Source of the DNA: Planctomycetota bacterium
Lineage (GTDB): Bacteria; Planctomycetota; Brocadiia; SM23-32
Reading direction: 5' to 3'
DNA length: 64,000 nucleotides
Assembly (NCBI GenBank): GCA_021161675.1
Contig: JAGHAF010000096.1
Span: forward strand, 6,201-70,200
The position numbers and the translations under genes were made by a program. The notes beneath the pieces were generated by a model. The model was not told the DNA's origin. It did not search any database and was given only the letters and a program-made list of their open reading frames with translations. The first letter of the stretch is position 1. Every line of letters begins with the position of its first letter. Below are positions 1 to 10,800 of this stretch, one piece after another.

Positions 1-511
1 GCATGAGAACGATCATGTCCGTCTCGCAGCGAACCACCGAGTTCAGCATCAACCCTCCCGTCAGCAGCCACAGCAACACCGTAAAGCAAGACGGCCAGCC
101 GGAGTCACGTCGGCAGGAAGCGGCAAGGCACTTGACAGACCAGAAGGTCATCATGGTCATCAGGATGAGCGCGGCGGCAGCGCTCAGGCCCGCCTGCCAC
201 TGTCGCTTCGGGGTGGTCTGCGCCAGCATGTTATCCTTATCGGCCAGCGCCCCGCGAGGAAACAGGCCGAAAGGCGCCCAGAAAAGCGAGAAAGTGGGAG
301 GATACGCGCGGACGTGATGAATGTCACGGTAAGGGTTCTTGCCCTGGATGAGACTGACCTGGACGATCTTGCGAAAGCCCCTGAACTCGGAGGAGCCCCG
401 CAGGGCGCGCTCCGTCCCCGTGGCAACAACGAAGACGCCCGAAACCAGTATCAGCGCCAGCAAGGCGAACCGCGCTCGCCGTCTGTCCCAAAGCCGGCAA
501 AAGGCGCGCAT
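1..511 (-). CDS. polytopic membrane protein, partial (C-terminus beyond window start)
   Basis: Minus-strand frame is open from ATG at 511-509 to position 1 with no stop. That ATG overlaps the TGA of the upstream FAD-oxidoreductase gene by 1 nt (TGATG). Translation MRAFCRLWDRRRARFALLALILVSGVFVVATG...AAAALILMTMMTFWSV...VLLWLLTGGLMLNSV has at least 4 hydrophobic helices. It is absent from the ORF track because the stop lies outside the window. Confidence 0.4.
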   Translation of the reverse strand, partial: MRAFCRLWDRRRARFALLALILVSGVFVVATGTERALRGSSEFRGFRKIVQVSLIQGKNPYRDIHHVRAYPPTFSLFWAPFGLFPRGALADKDNMLAQTTPKRQWQAGLSAAAALILMTMMTFWSVKCLAASCRRDSGWPSCFTVLLWLLTGGLMLNSVVRCETDMIVLM

Positions 512-1935
512 CACTCCTCCTTCGACAGGGTCTCGGCGTAGCCCGACTCCCGTCCGATCAGGCGCAGGTCATGCTCATGGCCCAGGACGTTCTCCGCCGC
601 CTTGAGTCCCATGTCGATGTAATGGTCCGAACTCGTGTAAAGGAACGTCGCATTGCGACCCACGTTGTAGAGGTTCTCGAAACGCGCCAGGTAATCCTCA
701 AGCGTCTGAAGGGACTGGCGATAGCCGATCTCATAGACGGGATAGGCCTTCGGCATGTGGAAAGTCATGTAGTCGTGGAGCCAGTCGCGTTCGATGAATC
801 CGGTGGCGGCCAGGTCCTCGACGGCCCTGGAGGCGAGCTCGGCGTCGCTTGCGCTCCATGTTTCGTCTCCCTGCTGGCAGAAGTATTCCACCACCAGGGC
901 CGTCCTGTCAGGAGGAGCCATCTCGGGGCTCCAGTTCTTGGGCTCGTGGAAGCGACAGAACCCGATCTTTTGACTTGGCACGTAGATCCACTGATCCGGA
1001 GTCACCTGCGCAGCGTCCAGGAAAAGCGTCAGCACGACCATGTCGCGATAGCGCAAGTCCTTCGCCGCCTGGAGCGCCTCGGAGGGCGGGGCCGGACGCA
1101 ACATGCCCGCCAGCGCGCTGATGGGAATGGAGCTGATGAACTCGCAGCAGGGCTGACGCTCCTCGCGTCCGTCCGGGGATTCCGTGACCACGCCGCGGAT
1201 GCGCTTGCCATCGTGTTCGACGCCGACCACGGGCCGCCGGGTGAGAATTCGGTTCGGCTCCCGGATCGAGGCGGCCATCCCGTCCGGTATCTGGCCGAAG
1301 CCGTAGCGCGGGTAGAGGAACCGCCGCACGAGGGATTCATCCTGCCCCTTCTTGAAAATCGCGTCCTTGACGGCCTCCCGAAACGAGAGCCCCTTTATGC
1401 GTTGCTCGGCGAAATCGGCGGACAGCCGGGCGCATGGGATGCCCCACGTCTTCTCCGTGTAGCCCTTGAAGTATATCTCGTAGAGGTGTCTGCCGAACCG
1501 ATTCAGCGCCCACCGCTCGAATGTCTCTTCCGCCGCGTCGCCGGAAAGCAGGTTGCCCAGCTTCATGGCCCCGTAGTCGAGAACCGCCTTGCCCGCCCCG
1601 CGCAGGCCCAGCGAGCGGAGCGCATTGAGCGGACGGAGCGGGTAATTAATCAGCCGTCCGCCGAACAGGATGCGGCTCGTCCGATCCACTTCCAGCAGGT
1701 CATCCCCCACCACTCGTCGCACGACTTCTTCGACGTGGGGCTTCTTCGTATAGAAACGGTGCCCGCCCAGGTCGAACCGAAAATCACCTCTCCGGATCGT
1801 ACGGGAATACCCGCCGATATAGGATTCCTTCTCGAAGACGACGAAAGGCGCCTCCCCCGCGCCCTGGAGCCGGTAAGCGGCCGAAACGCCGGCGATTCCC
1901 GCGCCGGCGATCACAATCGGACAATCTGCATTCAT
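511..1935 (-). CDS. NAD(P)/FAD-dependent oxidoreductase (amine-oxidase/UDP-galactopyranose-mutase-like fold)
   Basis: 486-aa ORF. The likely true start is MNADCPIVIAGAGIAGVSAAYRL, carrying the Rossmann GxGxxG dinucleotide motif, 4 nt after the stop of the upstream deacetylase gene. Confidence 0.8.
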   Translation of the reverse strand: MNADCPIVIAGAGIAGVSAAYRLQGAGEAPFVVFEKESYIGGYSRTIRRGDFRFDLGGHRFYTKKPHVEEVVRRVVGDDLLEVDRTSRILFGGRLINYPLRPLNALRSLGLRGAGKAVLDYGAMKLGNLLSGDAAEETFERWALNRFGRHLYEIYFKGYTEKTWGIPCARLSADFAEQRIKGLSFREAVKDAIFKKGQDESLVRRFLYPRYGFGQIPDGMAASIREPNRILTRRPVVGVEHDGKRIRGVVTESPDGREERQPCCEFISSIPISALAGMLRPAPPSEALQAAKDLRYRDMVVLTLFLDAAQVTPDQWIYVPSQKIGFCRFHEPKNWSPEMAPPDRTALVVEYFCQQGDETWSASDAELASRAVEDLAATGFIERDWLHDYMTFHMPKAYPVYEIGYRQSLQTLEDYLARFENLYNVGRNATFLYTSSDHYIDMGLKAAENVLGHEHDLRLIGRESGYAETLSKEE

Positions 1936-1939
1936 TCTG

Positions 1940-2713
1940 TCAGTTCCCTCGGTCTTTCTGGCGCGCGTCATCCAGTATCTCGCCGCAACTTCTAAACTTC
2001 CCGCCCAGCGCTGTCAACGTTCGATCCAGTATGTCCCATGCTTTGCGCCCGCAGTTGCGCGTCAGGACTCGCCTCAGTGGCAGCGGCAGACAGGCGGCCG
2101 TCTGAGGCGGCAGAAACTCATGCAAGTGCAAGTACAACAGCGACGGCGAGTCCGAGAGGCATTTCGCCGCCACAGGGGCCAGCAAGCGCAGATACGTCAG
2201 CGAAAAGGGCGCCAGGCCGCAACACGCGGCGCAGGTCGAAAACTCATACACGCCCTCCCGCCTGCAGGGCGAGTCCAACATGCTCAACCGCCCGTTATGC
2301 GGCCCCGGCAGCACACTTCCCATCGAGGCATCATAGCAATAGCCGGCCTTGCGCAGCAAGGCGAAGTGCCCGGGCGCGCGGGCGAAGAAGGGCGCCCGGA
2401 ACCCACGGACAGGTTTGCCGAACTCCTGGAGTCGGAGCCGGGAGCGGCGCAGCTCCTCAAGCGCCTCTCCCGCGCCCAGGCGCGAGAGGAGCCGATGGCT
2501 GCAGCCGTGCGACGCCACTTCGTTGCGCTCCGCGATGGCGGCGACCGGTTCCCGCGCCGTGTCCAGCAAATCACTGACTATAAAGAAGGTCGCTGTTATT
2601 CCGCGGTCCTCGATGAACCGCAGGAACTTGGGCGTGACCTCCCGGTATGCGCGGGCGCCCTCGATGCCCCAGTCCGGCTCCAGGTCCACGGTCAGTGCGA
2701 TGGATTCGCTCAT
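1940..2713 (-). CDS. polysaccharide deacetylase (NodB/CE4 family)
   Basis: ALTVDLEPDWG...ATFFIVSDLL...EVASHGCSH resembles the NodB TFDDG and HxxxH motifs. The start is placed at MSESIALTV. Confidence 0.75.
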   Translation of the reverse strand: MSESIALTVDLEPDWGIEGARAYREVTPKFLRFIEDRGITATFFIVSDLLDTAREPVAAIAERNEVASHGCSHRLLSRLGAGEALEELRRSRLRLQEFGKPVRGFRAPFFARAPGHFALLRKAGYCYDASMGSVLPGPHNGRLSMLDSPCRREGVYEFSTCAACCGLAPFSLTYLRLLAPVAAKCLSDSPSLLYLHLHEFLPPQTAACLPLPLRRVLTRNCGRKAWDILDRTLTALGGKFRSCGEILDDARQKDRGN

Positions 2714-2890
2714 TCTCCGCCAGTTGTTGAGGGACGGACAACGCCCATTCACGGGCAGACACCCCGTGAAGCGGATTATGCCGGAAACGGCGGCCCGTTT
2801 GCAACAACGAAGGTTCGTTGCGCCTCAGAGCCGTTGGTGGTAATCTAACGGGGCATAGCGTTGCACTTATCCTTCCCCCGGAGATCGCCA

Positions 2891-3778
2891 ATGCTTACAG
2901 ACAGCATACTGGACCTGATCGGCAATACTCCCCTTCTAAAGCTGGAAGGCGAAGACGTATATGCCAAAGCCGAATTCCTGAACCCCGGCGGAAGCATCAA
3001 GGATCGCGTCGCGCTCGCCATGCTGGAAGGGGCGGAGCGGGACGGCAAACTGAACAAGGATTCAATCATCGTCGAGCCGAGTTCCGGCAACACTGGCATC
3101 GGTCTGGCCCTGGTGGGGCGTCTGAAGGGCTACAAGGTGCGCGTCGTGATGCCGGAAGGCATGAGCGACGAGCGCAAGAAACTGATCTCCATGCTGGGGG
3201 CGGAGCTTGTCCTCACGCCGGATGAAGAGGGCATTGCCGGCGCGGTCGCCCGGGCCGAAGAGATATGCGCCCAAGACCCGCGGGTGTTCATGCCCCAGCA
3301 GTTTGAGAACCCCGATAACCCGCGCGTCCACTACGAGGGAACCGCCAGAGAGATATGGCGACAAATGGGCGGCGACATCTCGGCCTTCGTGGCGGGCGTC
3401 GGCAGCGGCGGAACGCTTCAGGGCGTCGGCGCTTATATGAAAGAGCGCAAACCAGACGTGCGGGTGATCGCCGTAGAGCCGAAGAACGTCTCCGCCCTGC
3501 TGGGGCACGAGCCGGGACTGCACCAGATACAGGGCATCGGAGACGGGTTCGTCCCCGGGGTGCTGGACGTTTCGCTCGTGGACGACGTGGTGGAAGTCAC
3601 CGACGAGGACGCCATAGAGACCACCCGGCAACTGGGCCGAGACTTCGGCCTGCTGGTCGGCATCTCCTCCGGGGCCAACGTGTGGGCCGCCCGCAAGGTA
3701 GTCATATCCCTGGGCGGCAACGTCGCCACAGTGCTGCCGGACCGGGCCGAACGTTACTTCAGCACCACCCTCCTCTGA
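2891..3778 (+). CDS. cysK: cysteine synthase (O-acetylserine sulfhydrylase), PLP-dependent
   Basis: LIGNTPLLKL...NPGGSIKDRVALAML...SSGNTGIGLA...GVGSGGT are PLP-fold type II motifs typical of CysK/CysM. The start is placed at MLTDSIL. Confidence 0.9.
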   Translation: MLTDSILDLIGNTPLLKLEGEDVYAKAEFLNPGGSIKDRVALAMLEGAERDGKLNKDSIIVEPSSGNTGIGLALVGRLKGYKVRVVMPEGMSDERKKLISMLGAELVLTPDEEGIAGAVARAEEICAQDPRVFMPQQFENPDNPRVHYEGTAREIWRQMGGDISAFVAGVGSGGTLQGVGAYMKERKPDVRVIAVEPKNVSALLGHEPGLHQIQGIGDGFVPGVLDVSLVDDVVEVTDEDAIETTRQLGRDFGLLVGISSGANVWAARKVVISLGGNVATVLPDRAERYFSTTLL

Positions 3779-3905
3779 CCACGAAAACAACCATCCCACC
3801 CTTGCACGGGTGAGAAGGTCTCGGATAAGCGATTTTGAATTAACGCACTCCTGTTTCCAGGTAAGTGGCGCGGCGGGGATGCCGCGCCTACCGGCCCATG
3901 GGGTA

Positions 3906-3927
3906 GCTGAGGCGTCCCCGCCTCAGC
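3906..3927 (+). terminator. GC-rich hairpin downstream of cysK (9-bp stem gctgaggcg/cgcctcagc, 4-nt loop)
   Basis: A perfect inverted repeat about 130 nt after the cysK stop. It is followed by a gtttcc T-containing stretch but no clear U-run. Confidence 0.3.
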
Positions 3928-3997
3928 GAGGTGACGTTTCCCAAGACCGGAAAAGATTCATGTAGAAGTGCTTAGACCACTCTTACAGGAGAGGAAA

Positions 3998-5041
3998 ATG
4001 ACCGATACCGTTCGCATAGCAGTGCTGGGACTCGTGCATGACCACATCTGGGGCGCCATGCCCCACTTTGCCGAAGTGGAGGGAGTGGAACTGGTCGGAG
4101 CGGCTGATCCCAACCAGCCGCTCCTGGAGAAGTTCCAGGCGCAAAGCGGCTGCGACAAGGTGTATCGCGACTACGAGGAATTGCTGGATCGCGAACAGCT
4201 CGACGCCGTGCTGGCCTACGGAACAAATCGCAGCACGGCGGAGCTCGTCGAGATGGCGGCCGAGCGCGGCCTGCACGTCATGACCGAGAAACCGATGGCC
4301 AGCAGCCTGGAAGTGGCCGATCGCATGCTCGTCGCCGCCCGCAAGGCGGGCGTTATCCTGATGGTCAACTGGCCCATCGCCTGGTCGCCGTCCATCCAGC
4401 ACGCATACCGGCTCGTGCGGGAAGGGCGGATCGGCCGGCCCTGGCAGCTCAAATGGCGCGGCGGACACGGCGGCCCACGGGAACTCGGCTGTAGTAAGTA
4501 TTTCTGCGACTGGCTGTTCGACCCGCAGGAGAACGGCGCGGGCGCCCTGTTCGACTACCTGGGATACGGGGCCAGCCTGGCGCGCCTCTTCATCGGCCTG
4601 CCCAATCGGGTCACCGCAATCGCCGGCCGACTGGTCAAAGACTACATCCCCGTGGATGACAACGCGATCGTGGCGCTCGAATACGCCCACGCGAACGCCG
4701 TGATCGAATGCACCTGGACGGAGGCAGTGCCGGATCATCCGCCGCACGATCTTATCGTGTACGGCACGGAGGGCGTCCTCGTCGCCGGAGGGGACAACGT
4801 CATTACCCGCCGCAAGGGCGATGATGACGACCAGGTTCATCAGCCCCCGGCGCTGGAAGCTCCCCGCAGGAACAGCCTCCAGTACTTCGTCCACTGTATC
4901 CGCGCCGGAGAGCCCGTCGAGGGCGTTTGCAGCCCGGAGAACAGCCTGGACGCCCAGCAGGTCATGGACGCGGCCCGCCTCAGCGTGCTGACCGGCAGCC
5001 ACATTTCACTGCCGCTGGTGGACCATCTTTATCCCATGTGA
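3998..5041 (+). CDS. Gfo/Idh/MocA family NAD(P)-dependent oxidoreductase
   Basis: The N-terminal VRIAVLGLVHDHIWGA Rossmann segment and ...EKPMA motif are typical of the family. Confidence 0.8.
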   Translation: MTDTVRIAVLGLVHDHIWGAMPHFAEVEGVELVGAADPNQPLLEKFQAQSGCDKVYRDYEELLDREQLDAVLAYGTNRSTAELVEMAAERGLHVMTEKPMASSLEVADRMLVAARKAGVILMVNWPIAWSPSIQHAYRLVREGRIGRPWQLKWRGGHGGPRELGCSKYFCDWLFDPQENGAGALFDYLGYGASLARLFIGLPNRVTAIAGRLVKDYIPVDDNAIVALEYAHANAVIECTWTEAVPDHPPHDLIVYGTEGVLVAGGDNVITRRKGDDDDQVHQPPALEAPRRNSLQYFVHCIRAGEPVEGVCSPENSLDAQQVMDAARLSVLTGSHISLPLVDHLYPM

Positions 5042-5060
5042 CAGGCGGATCAGGGACAGA

Positions 5061-6830
5061 ATGGATGGTGTAGTCCCCGAGGAAATACGGACCCTCGCCG
5101 ACGCTCTTCCCTTCTGGAGCAGAGAGAATCCCTCGCACACGGCCCTCATGGAACTGAACGGGGACGACGAGCTGGACCGGATTACGTTCCACGAACTGGC
5201 GGAACAGGTCGACGCCTTCGCCGCCCACCTGCGCCGCCGGGGCGTGGGGCCCGGCAGGACGGTAGCCCTCCTGATGCCGAACTCCGCGCGCTGGATAGTG
5301 GCTTACTGGTCGGTGTTCCGGCTTGGGGCCGTGGCGGCGCCGCTCGAGTACGCCGTCCTGGACACGGAGCCGGAACGCATCGAGTTCGCCCTTGCGAACT
5401 GCGATGCGCACGTGGTCGTCTGCGAGCCGGAGGACGCGCGGCGCGTCGCGGAGCTTACGTCGGCGGGCATTGTCTCCGCGCGGGCCGAGCCGCGGGGGAC
5501 CCCTCCCAGCCAGCCTGAGGTCGAGCCGGACGACCTGGCGCAGATACTCTACACCTCAGGCGCCACCGGTCCGAAGAAAGGGGTGGAACTGACCCATCGC
5601 AACCTGATCTCCAACGTCAGGGCCTGCTGCAAGCGGATGGACGTGAGAAGAGACGACTGCCTGCCCGCGCTGCTGCCCTATCACCACGCTTATCCGCTGA
5701 CCACCACGATCATCCTTCCCGCCTGCGCGGGCGTGCCGAACGCCGTCGGGGACGTGCGGACGCAGCGTTCGAAGACGCTTCTTCGCAAGTGCCGGCCCAC
5801 GGTATTTGTGGGCGTTCCGCGCGTCTTCGATGCGATGCTGGACGGCATCCGCCGCGCAGCGCAGCGCGCCGGGCGGGGCGGGCAGCTTCGCCGGGCCCGT
5901 TGGACCTGCGCAGCGCTCAAGAAGCTGCTCGGCCTGAACACGGGCAAGCTACTGCTGCGGCGGCTGCATGCGGAGTTGTTCGGTGGCCGGCAGCTACGGT
6001 TCTGCATGAGTGGTGGCGCCCGGATATCGCCGCGCACACTGCGGGAGTTTTTCCTGCTGGGCATTCCGGTCCTTCAAGGGTGGGGCATGAGCGAGATATC
6101 GCCGGTGGGGACGGCCCAGGCGTTCAGCCCGCTCCGGTTCTACCTGACCCGCCACTACGAGCGCAAGGCGGGCTCCATCGGAAAGCCGCTGGACGGCGCC
6201 ACGATCACTTTCACGCAGAGCAGCGTGGAAGACCTCTCGTTCGACCTGGAGCAATGGGGAGAGATGCTGGTCAGCGGGCCGCACGTCATGCGAGGCTACC
6301 ACAACGATCCCGAGAGCACCGCGCGACTGATGGTCGGCGGCGCCATCCGCACGGGTGACATAGCCCGCCGAGACGAGGACGGCGACCTTTACATCGTGGG
6401 GCGCGTCAAGCACGTGATCGTCCTGCCATCGGGCAAGAAGGTCTTCCCGGAGGAGCAGTTGGATGAGCCGCTGCGCAGATGCCGCACGATCCAGGAGGCG
6501 GCCGTCCGTCCCATCCGGGACGGGCAGGACAGGGAGCAAATCGGCCTGGCGCTGCGGCCCAACCTGGCGGAGGTCCGTGAGGCGAAGACGCTCGGCGAGC
6601 TGTACTCAACCATAAAGCGGGATATTGACGCGGCGCTCGAAGGTGGGCCCGCCTACCTGAAGCGCTACGACTTCTGCCTCTCGGCCTGGCGCGGCGGCGA
6701 GTATGAGGAGCTGATCAAAACCGGCATGGGCGACCCCTCCCCTCTCAGAAACCCCTTCACGCGGGAAACAGCCTACAGCAGCCTGAAAGGCAGCGACGAA
6801 CCTGTCCCGTGGAGACAAAATCAAGCGTGA
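5061..6830 (+). CDS. AMP-dependent acyl-CoA synthetase/ligase (long-chain fatty-acid-CoA ligase-like)
   Basis: 589 aa. The ILYTSGATGPKKGV AMP-binding P-loop and GWGMSE...RTGD motifs of the ANL adenylating superfamily are present. Confidence 0.8.
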   Translation: MDGVVPEEIRTLADALPFWSRENPSHTALMELNGDDELDRITFHELAEQVDAFAAHLRRRGVGPGRTVALLMPNSARWIVAYWSVFRLGAVAAPLEYAVLDTEPERIEFALANCDAHVVVCEPEDARRVAELTSAGIVSARAEPRGTPPSQPEVEPDDLAQILYTSGATGPKKGVELTHRNLISNVRACCKRMDVRRDDCLPALLPYHHAYPLTTTIILPACAGVPNAVGDVRTQRSKTLLRKCRPTVFVGVPRVFDAMLDGIRRAAQRAGRGGQLRRARWTCAALKKLLGLNTGKLLLRRLHAELFGGRQLRFCMSGGARISPRTLREFFLLGIPVLQGWGMSEISPVGTAQAFSPLRFYLTRHYERKAGSIGKPLDGATITFTQSSVEDLSFDLEQWGEMLVSGPHVMRGYHNDPESTARLMVGGAIRTGDIARRDEDGDLYIVGRVKHVIVLPSGKKVFPEEQLDEPLRRCRTIQEAAVRPIRDGQDREQIGLALRPNLAEVREAKTLGELYSTIKRDIDAALEGGPAYLKRYDFCLSAWRGGEYEELIKTGMGDPSPLRNPFTRETAYSSLKGSDEPVPWRQNQA

Positions 6831-6854
6831 AAGCTGAAAGACGGCGCCGTTTTT

Positions 6855-7805
6855 TCACCCTTCATCCGCCACCGTGAATCGCCTTAGCTCTGGCTGGGCG
6901 ATGCGCTCGAATCGGCCCTCCAGGAACGCCCGGATTTCATCGAGCGCAATGGGCGCCGTGCCTCCCTCGCGGGTGGCGACCAGCGCGCCCAGCGCGTTGC
7001 CCAGCCGCAGGCATTCGCCCAAACTCCCCCCTTGCAGCAGCTTGTGGATGAAGCCGGCAGTGAAGGCGTCGCCCGAGCCGCAGGTGTCCTCCATCTCAAC
7101 TTTGAAGCCGGGGTCGTATGCCTTCTCGCCATCGGCGGCCGCGGCGAACGCGCCCCGCTCTCCGAAGGTCACCACGCAGTGAGAGAGGCGCCACCTGTCC
7201 ATCATCGCGTCGGCGAAAGCGGGGATCGCGCCGGCGCGTATCTCCAGCATGGCATTCAGCTCGCGGGCCTCTTGGTCGTTGAGCTTCAGCACGTCCGCTT
7301 CCGAAAGTGACGACGCGACGCTGCCCGCCGTGTAGCATTCTTTGCGCAGGTTGACGTCCAGCAGTTTCACGGCCCGCCCGGCCTCGGCGAGGAGCGCCTG
7401 GAGCGTCAGGCGGGCGCGCTCCGTGCGCTGCGCAAGCGTGCCAAAGCATAGGCAATCGGCCTGAGACGCGGCGATTAGCAGCTCTTCCGTGAGTTCGATG
7501 TTATCGTAGGCCACGCCGGGGACGATGTGGAAGTCCGGGCTGTTCGGATCGCTCAGGTCCACCTCGACCGTGCCGGTGGGCGCCGTCTCATCCCACTGCA
7601 CGAAGCGGGTGTCCATCCCCAGTTCCCCTATCCTGTGGAAGGCCTCCCGCCCCAGCGCGTCGCGGCCCAGGCGGGTGACGGTTATCGCACGATCGCCCAG
7701 GGAGCTGGCGCGATACGCGAAGTTGAACGGCGCGCCGCCCAGCGCCGCGCCGGAAGGCAGCAGGTCCCAGAGCGTCTCTCCGTAGGCCAGGATCGCTTTT
7801 GCCAT
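6855..7805 (-). CDS. PfkB-family carbohydrate kinase (fructokinase/ribokinase-like)
   Basis: AYGETLWDL...GGAPFNFA at the N-terminus and the DTCGSGDAFTAGF anion-hole/ATP motif at the C-terminus. Confidence 0.8.
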   Translation of the reverse strand: MAKAILAYGETLWDLLPSGAALGGAPFNFAYRASSLGDRAITVTRLGRDALGREAFHRIGELGMDTRFVQWDETAPTGTVEVDLSDPNSPDFHIVPGVAYDNIELTEELLIAASQADCLCFGTLAQRTERARLTLQALLAEAGRAVKLLDVNLRKECYTAGSVASSLSEADVLKLNDQEARELNAMLEIRAGAIPAFADAMMDRWRLSHCVVTFGERGAFAAAADGEKAYDPGFKVEMEDTCGSGDAFTAGFIHKLLQGGSLGECLRLGNALGALVATREGGTAPIALDEIRAFLEGRFERIAQPELRRFTVADEG

Positions 7806-7839
7806 GGTGCTCAGCCTCGCCCGCTCCGGGTATTGCGGC

Positions 7840-10800
7840 TCATGAGTCCGGGGTGAACATGGGCGCGGGCACGGAGCCGTGGGTCTCTATGTTGTATTCC
7901 TGGAGGGTCTTGACGGACATCTCGTTGTCCTCCAGTTCCCTGACTGCCTGGACTACGGCGATGGCGCCCTGGATGGTGGTGATAATGGGTACCCGGCGCG
8001 CCCACGACGTGCTCCGGATGGCAACTTCATCCTTCCTGGGATGCTTGCCGCTGGGGGTGTTGATCACCAGGGCGATCTCGCCGTTGATGATGCTGTCCAC
8101 GACGTGCGGCCTTCCTTCCCGAACCTTGTTGATCCGCTCGCAGGGCACGTCGCCTTCGCGCAGCCAGTCGGCCGTCCCCTGTGTGGCCACCAGTTGGAAG
8201 CCCATCTGGTGGAACTGGCGTGCGACCCGGGCTGCGTCATCGGTCTTATCCCGATCACACAGGCTGAAGAAGACGGTCCCCTCCCGAGGCAGGTTCTGGC
8301 CGGCCGCGATCTGGGACTTGGCGAAGGCCATGCCGAAGTTCTTCGCCAGGCCCATAACCTCGCCGGTCGACTTCATTTCCGGCCCTAACACGGTGTCCAC
8401 GCCGGGGAAACGGGCGAATGGGAAGACTGCCTCTTTGACAGCGATGTGCCCGATCCGGACTTCCTCGGTGAGACCGAGTTCGCGCAGGGAGTAGCCCATC
8501 ATGACCTTAGTGGCCAGTTTTGCAAGGGGCACGCCCGTGGCCTTCGAGACGAAGGGGATGGTCCGCGATGCGCGCGGATTGACCTCCAGCACATAGAGGT
8601 CCCCATCCTGCACGGCGTATTGGACATTCATCAGGCCGACTACCTCCAGCGCCGCGGCCAGGGCCCTGGTCTGGCGCAGTATCTCGTCCTGAATCCGGGG
8701 GGAGAGGGTCTGCGGCGGAATGACGCACGCGCTGTCGCCACTGTGGACGCCTGCCTCTTCGATGTGCTCCATGATGGCGCCTATGATGGTGACGTTCCCG
8801 TCACTGATGGCGTCCACGTCGACCTCGATGGCGGCCTCCAAGAACTTATCGACGAGGACGGGCCGCTCAGGGGAGGCTTCGACGGCCTCGGCCATGAAAT
8901 GTTCCAGCTCCTCGGCGTCATACACGATCTCCATGGCGCGCCCGCCCAGGACGAAGCTGGGCCGTACCAGCACGGGGTAGCCGATCTGGACCGCCAGCTC
9001 CAGCGCCTCTTCGTAGGTGGTTGCGGCGCCGCTGGGGGCCTGCCGGAGGCCGAGTTCCTCGAGCAGAGCGCGGAAGTGCTTGCGATCCTCGGCCAGTTCG
9101 ATGCTGCGCGGGCTGGTCCCCAGCAGTGGCGCGCCGTTCTGCTCAAGTTCGGCCGATATGTTTAGCGGAGTCTGGCCGCCGAACTGGAGAATAACGCCCC
9201 AGGGTTTCTCCACTTCCACTACGTTCAGGACGTCCTCGGGCGTCATGGGCTCGAAGTAGAGGCGGTCGGTGGTGTCATAGTCCGTGCTGACGGTCTCCGG
9301 GTTGCAATTGATCATGATGGCTTCGTAGCCTTCCTCCCGGACGGCCAGCGCCGCGTGGACGCAGCAGTAGTCGAACTCGATGCCCTGACCGATGCGATTC
9401 GGGCCGCCGCCCAGGATGATGACCTTTTTCTTATCGGTGGCGCGGCATTCGTCGAGCTGCTCGTAGGCGGAGTAGAAATAGGGCCTCTCGCAGTCCACCT
9501 CCCCGGCGCAGGTATCCACCAGTTTGTAAACCGGCACGACGCCGAGCTCTTTGCGCCGGTTTCTGACCGTCCACTCGTCGCAGCCGAGGAGGAAGGCGAG
9601 CTGGCGGTCGCTGAAGCCCCATTCCTTCGCCTTCCGGAGGAGCCTTTCCTCTATGCTCCGGATACTGCCGGCGGCGCGGATCTCGTCCTCGAAGTCGACG
9701 AGCTGCTTGTAGTTGAACAGGAACCAGCGATCGACGTGAGACAGCTCGTAAATACGATCGATGCTGAAGCCGCGCTGGAAGGCGTAGCGGATGTAGAAGA
9801 AACGCTCGTCGTTGGGCACGGAGAGCTTCCGGATCACTTCATCCTCTTCAGGCAGTTGGGCCGGGTCTTTGCCGTCGGCGCCGAAACCGTAGCGGCCGAT
9901 CTCCAGGGAACGCAGCCCTTTCTGGAAGGCCTCCTTGAAGTTGCGCCCGATGGACATGGACTCGCCCACGGCCTTCATGCTGGTGTTGATGACGCGCTCG
10001 GCCTGGGGGAACTTCTCGAAGGCGAACCGGGCCGTCTTGTAGACCACGTAATCAACGGTCGGCTCCTGCAGCGTGTAGGTGTTGCCCGTTACGTTGTTGA
10101 GCACCTCGTCCAGTGTATAGCCGACGGCCAGCTTGGTGGCCACCCTGGCGATGGGGAAGCCGGTGGCCTTGCTGGCCAGTGCCGAGGAGCGGGACAGGCG
10201 GGGGTTCACCTCGATCACCTCTATCTTGTCGCTCCGGGGGTCGCCGGCCAACTGGATATTCACCCCGCCGCCTTTGACGCCTATGCGGCGGATAATCCGT
10301 TTGCAGTAGTCCACGTATCTGCCGTATTCCTCGGCTGTTAGCGTCTGGGCCGGGGCGATCACCGCGCTGTCACCCGTGTGAACCCCCATCGCGTCCACAT
10401 TCTCCATGCTGGTGATCATGATGACGTTGTCTTCACAGTCCCGCATGACCTCATACTCGATCTCCTTCCAGCCCAGCACGCTCTGCTCGACCAGCACCTG
10501 GTGAACGGGGCTAGCGCCCAGGCCGCCGGCCAGCAGCTCGGGCGCTTCCTCGAGGTTGTATGCGGTGCTGCCGCCCGTCCCTCCCAGGGTGAACGCCGGC
10601 CGTATGATGATGGGCAGGCCTATGTCATCGATTATCGCCATGCCTTCTTCGACCGACTCGGCTATGCCGCTGTCCGGCACGCTGAGCCCGATCTGGAGCA
10701 TGGCTTCTTTGAATAGCTCACGGTCTTCAGCGGTGGATATGGCCTCGGGGTCGCAGCCCAGAACTTCCACCCCGTAGCGCTCGTAGACGCCCTCGCGGGC

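Noticed and set aside
571-1995. 474-aa plus-strand ORF antisense to the FAD oxidoreductase. Similar long antisense ORFs lie at 3983-5002, 9355-10341, 17407-18573, 20474-21712, 23820-26060, 28727-30508, 37486-39012, 43370-44557, 55922-56950 and 61034-62716.
   Set aside because: These are typical high-GC shadow ORFs. Their compositions are Arg/Ala/Gly/Pro-rich and low in complexity, they have no motifs, and they fully overlap well-supported genes with clear family signatures.
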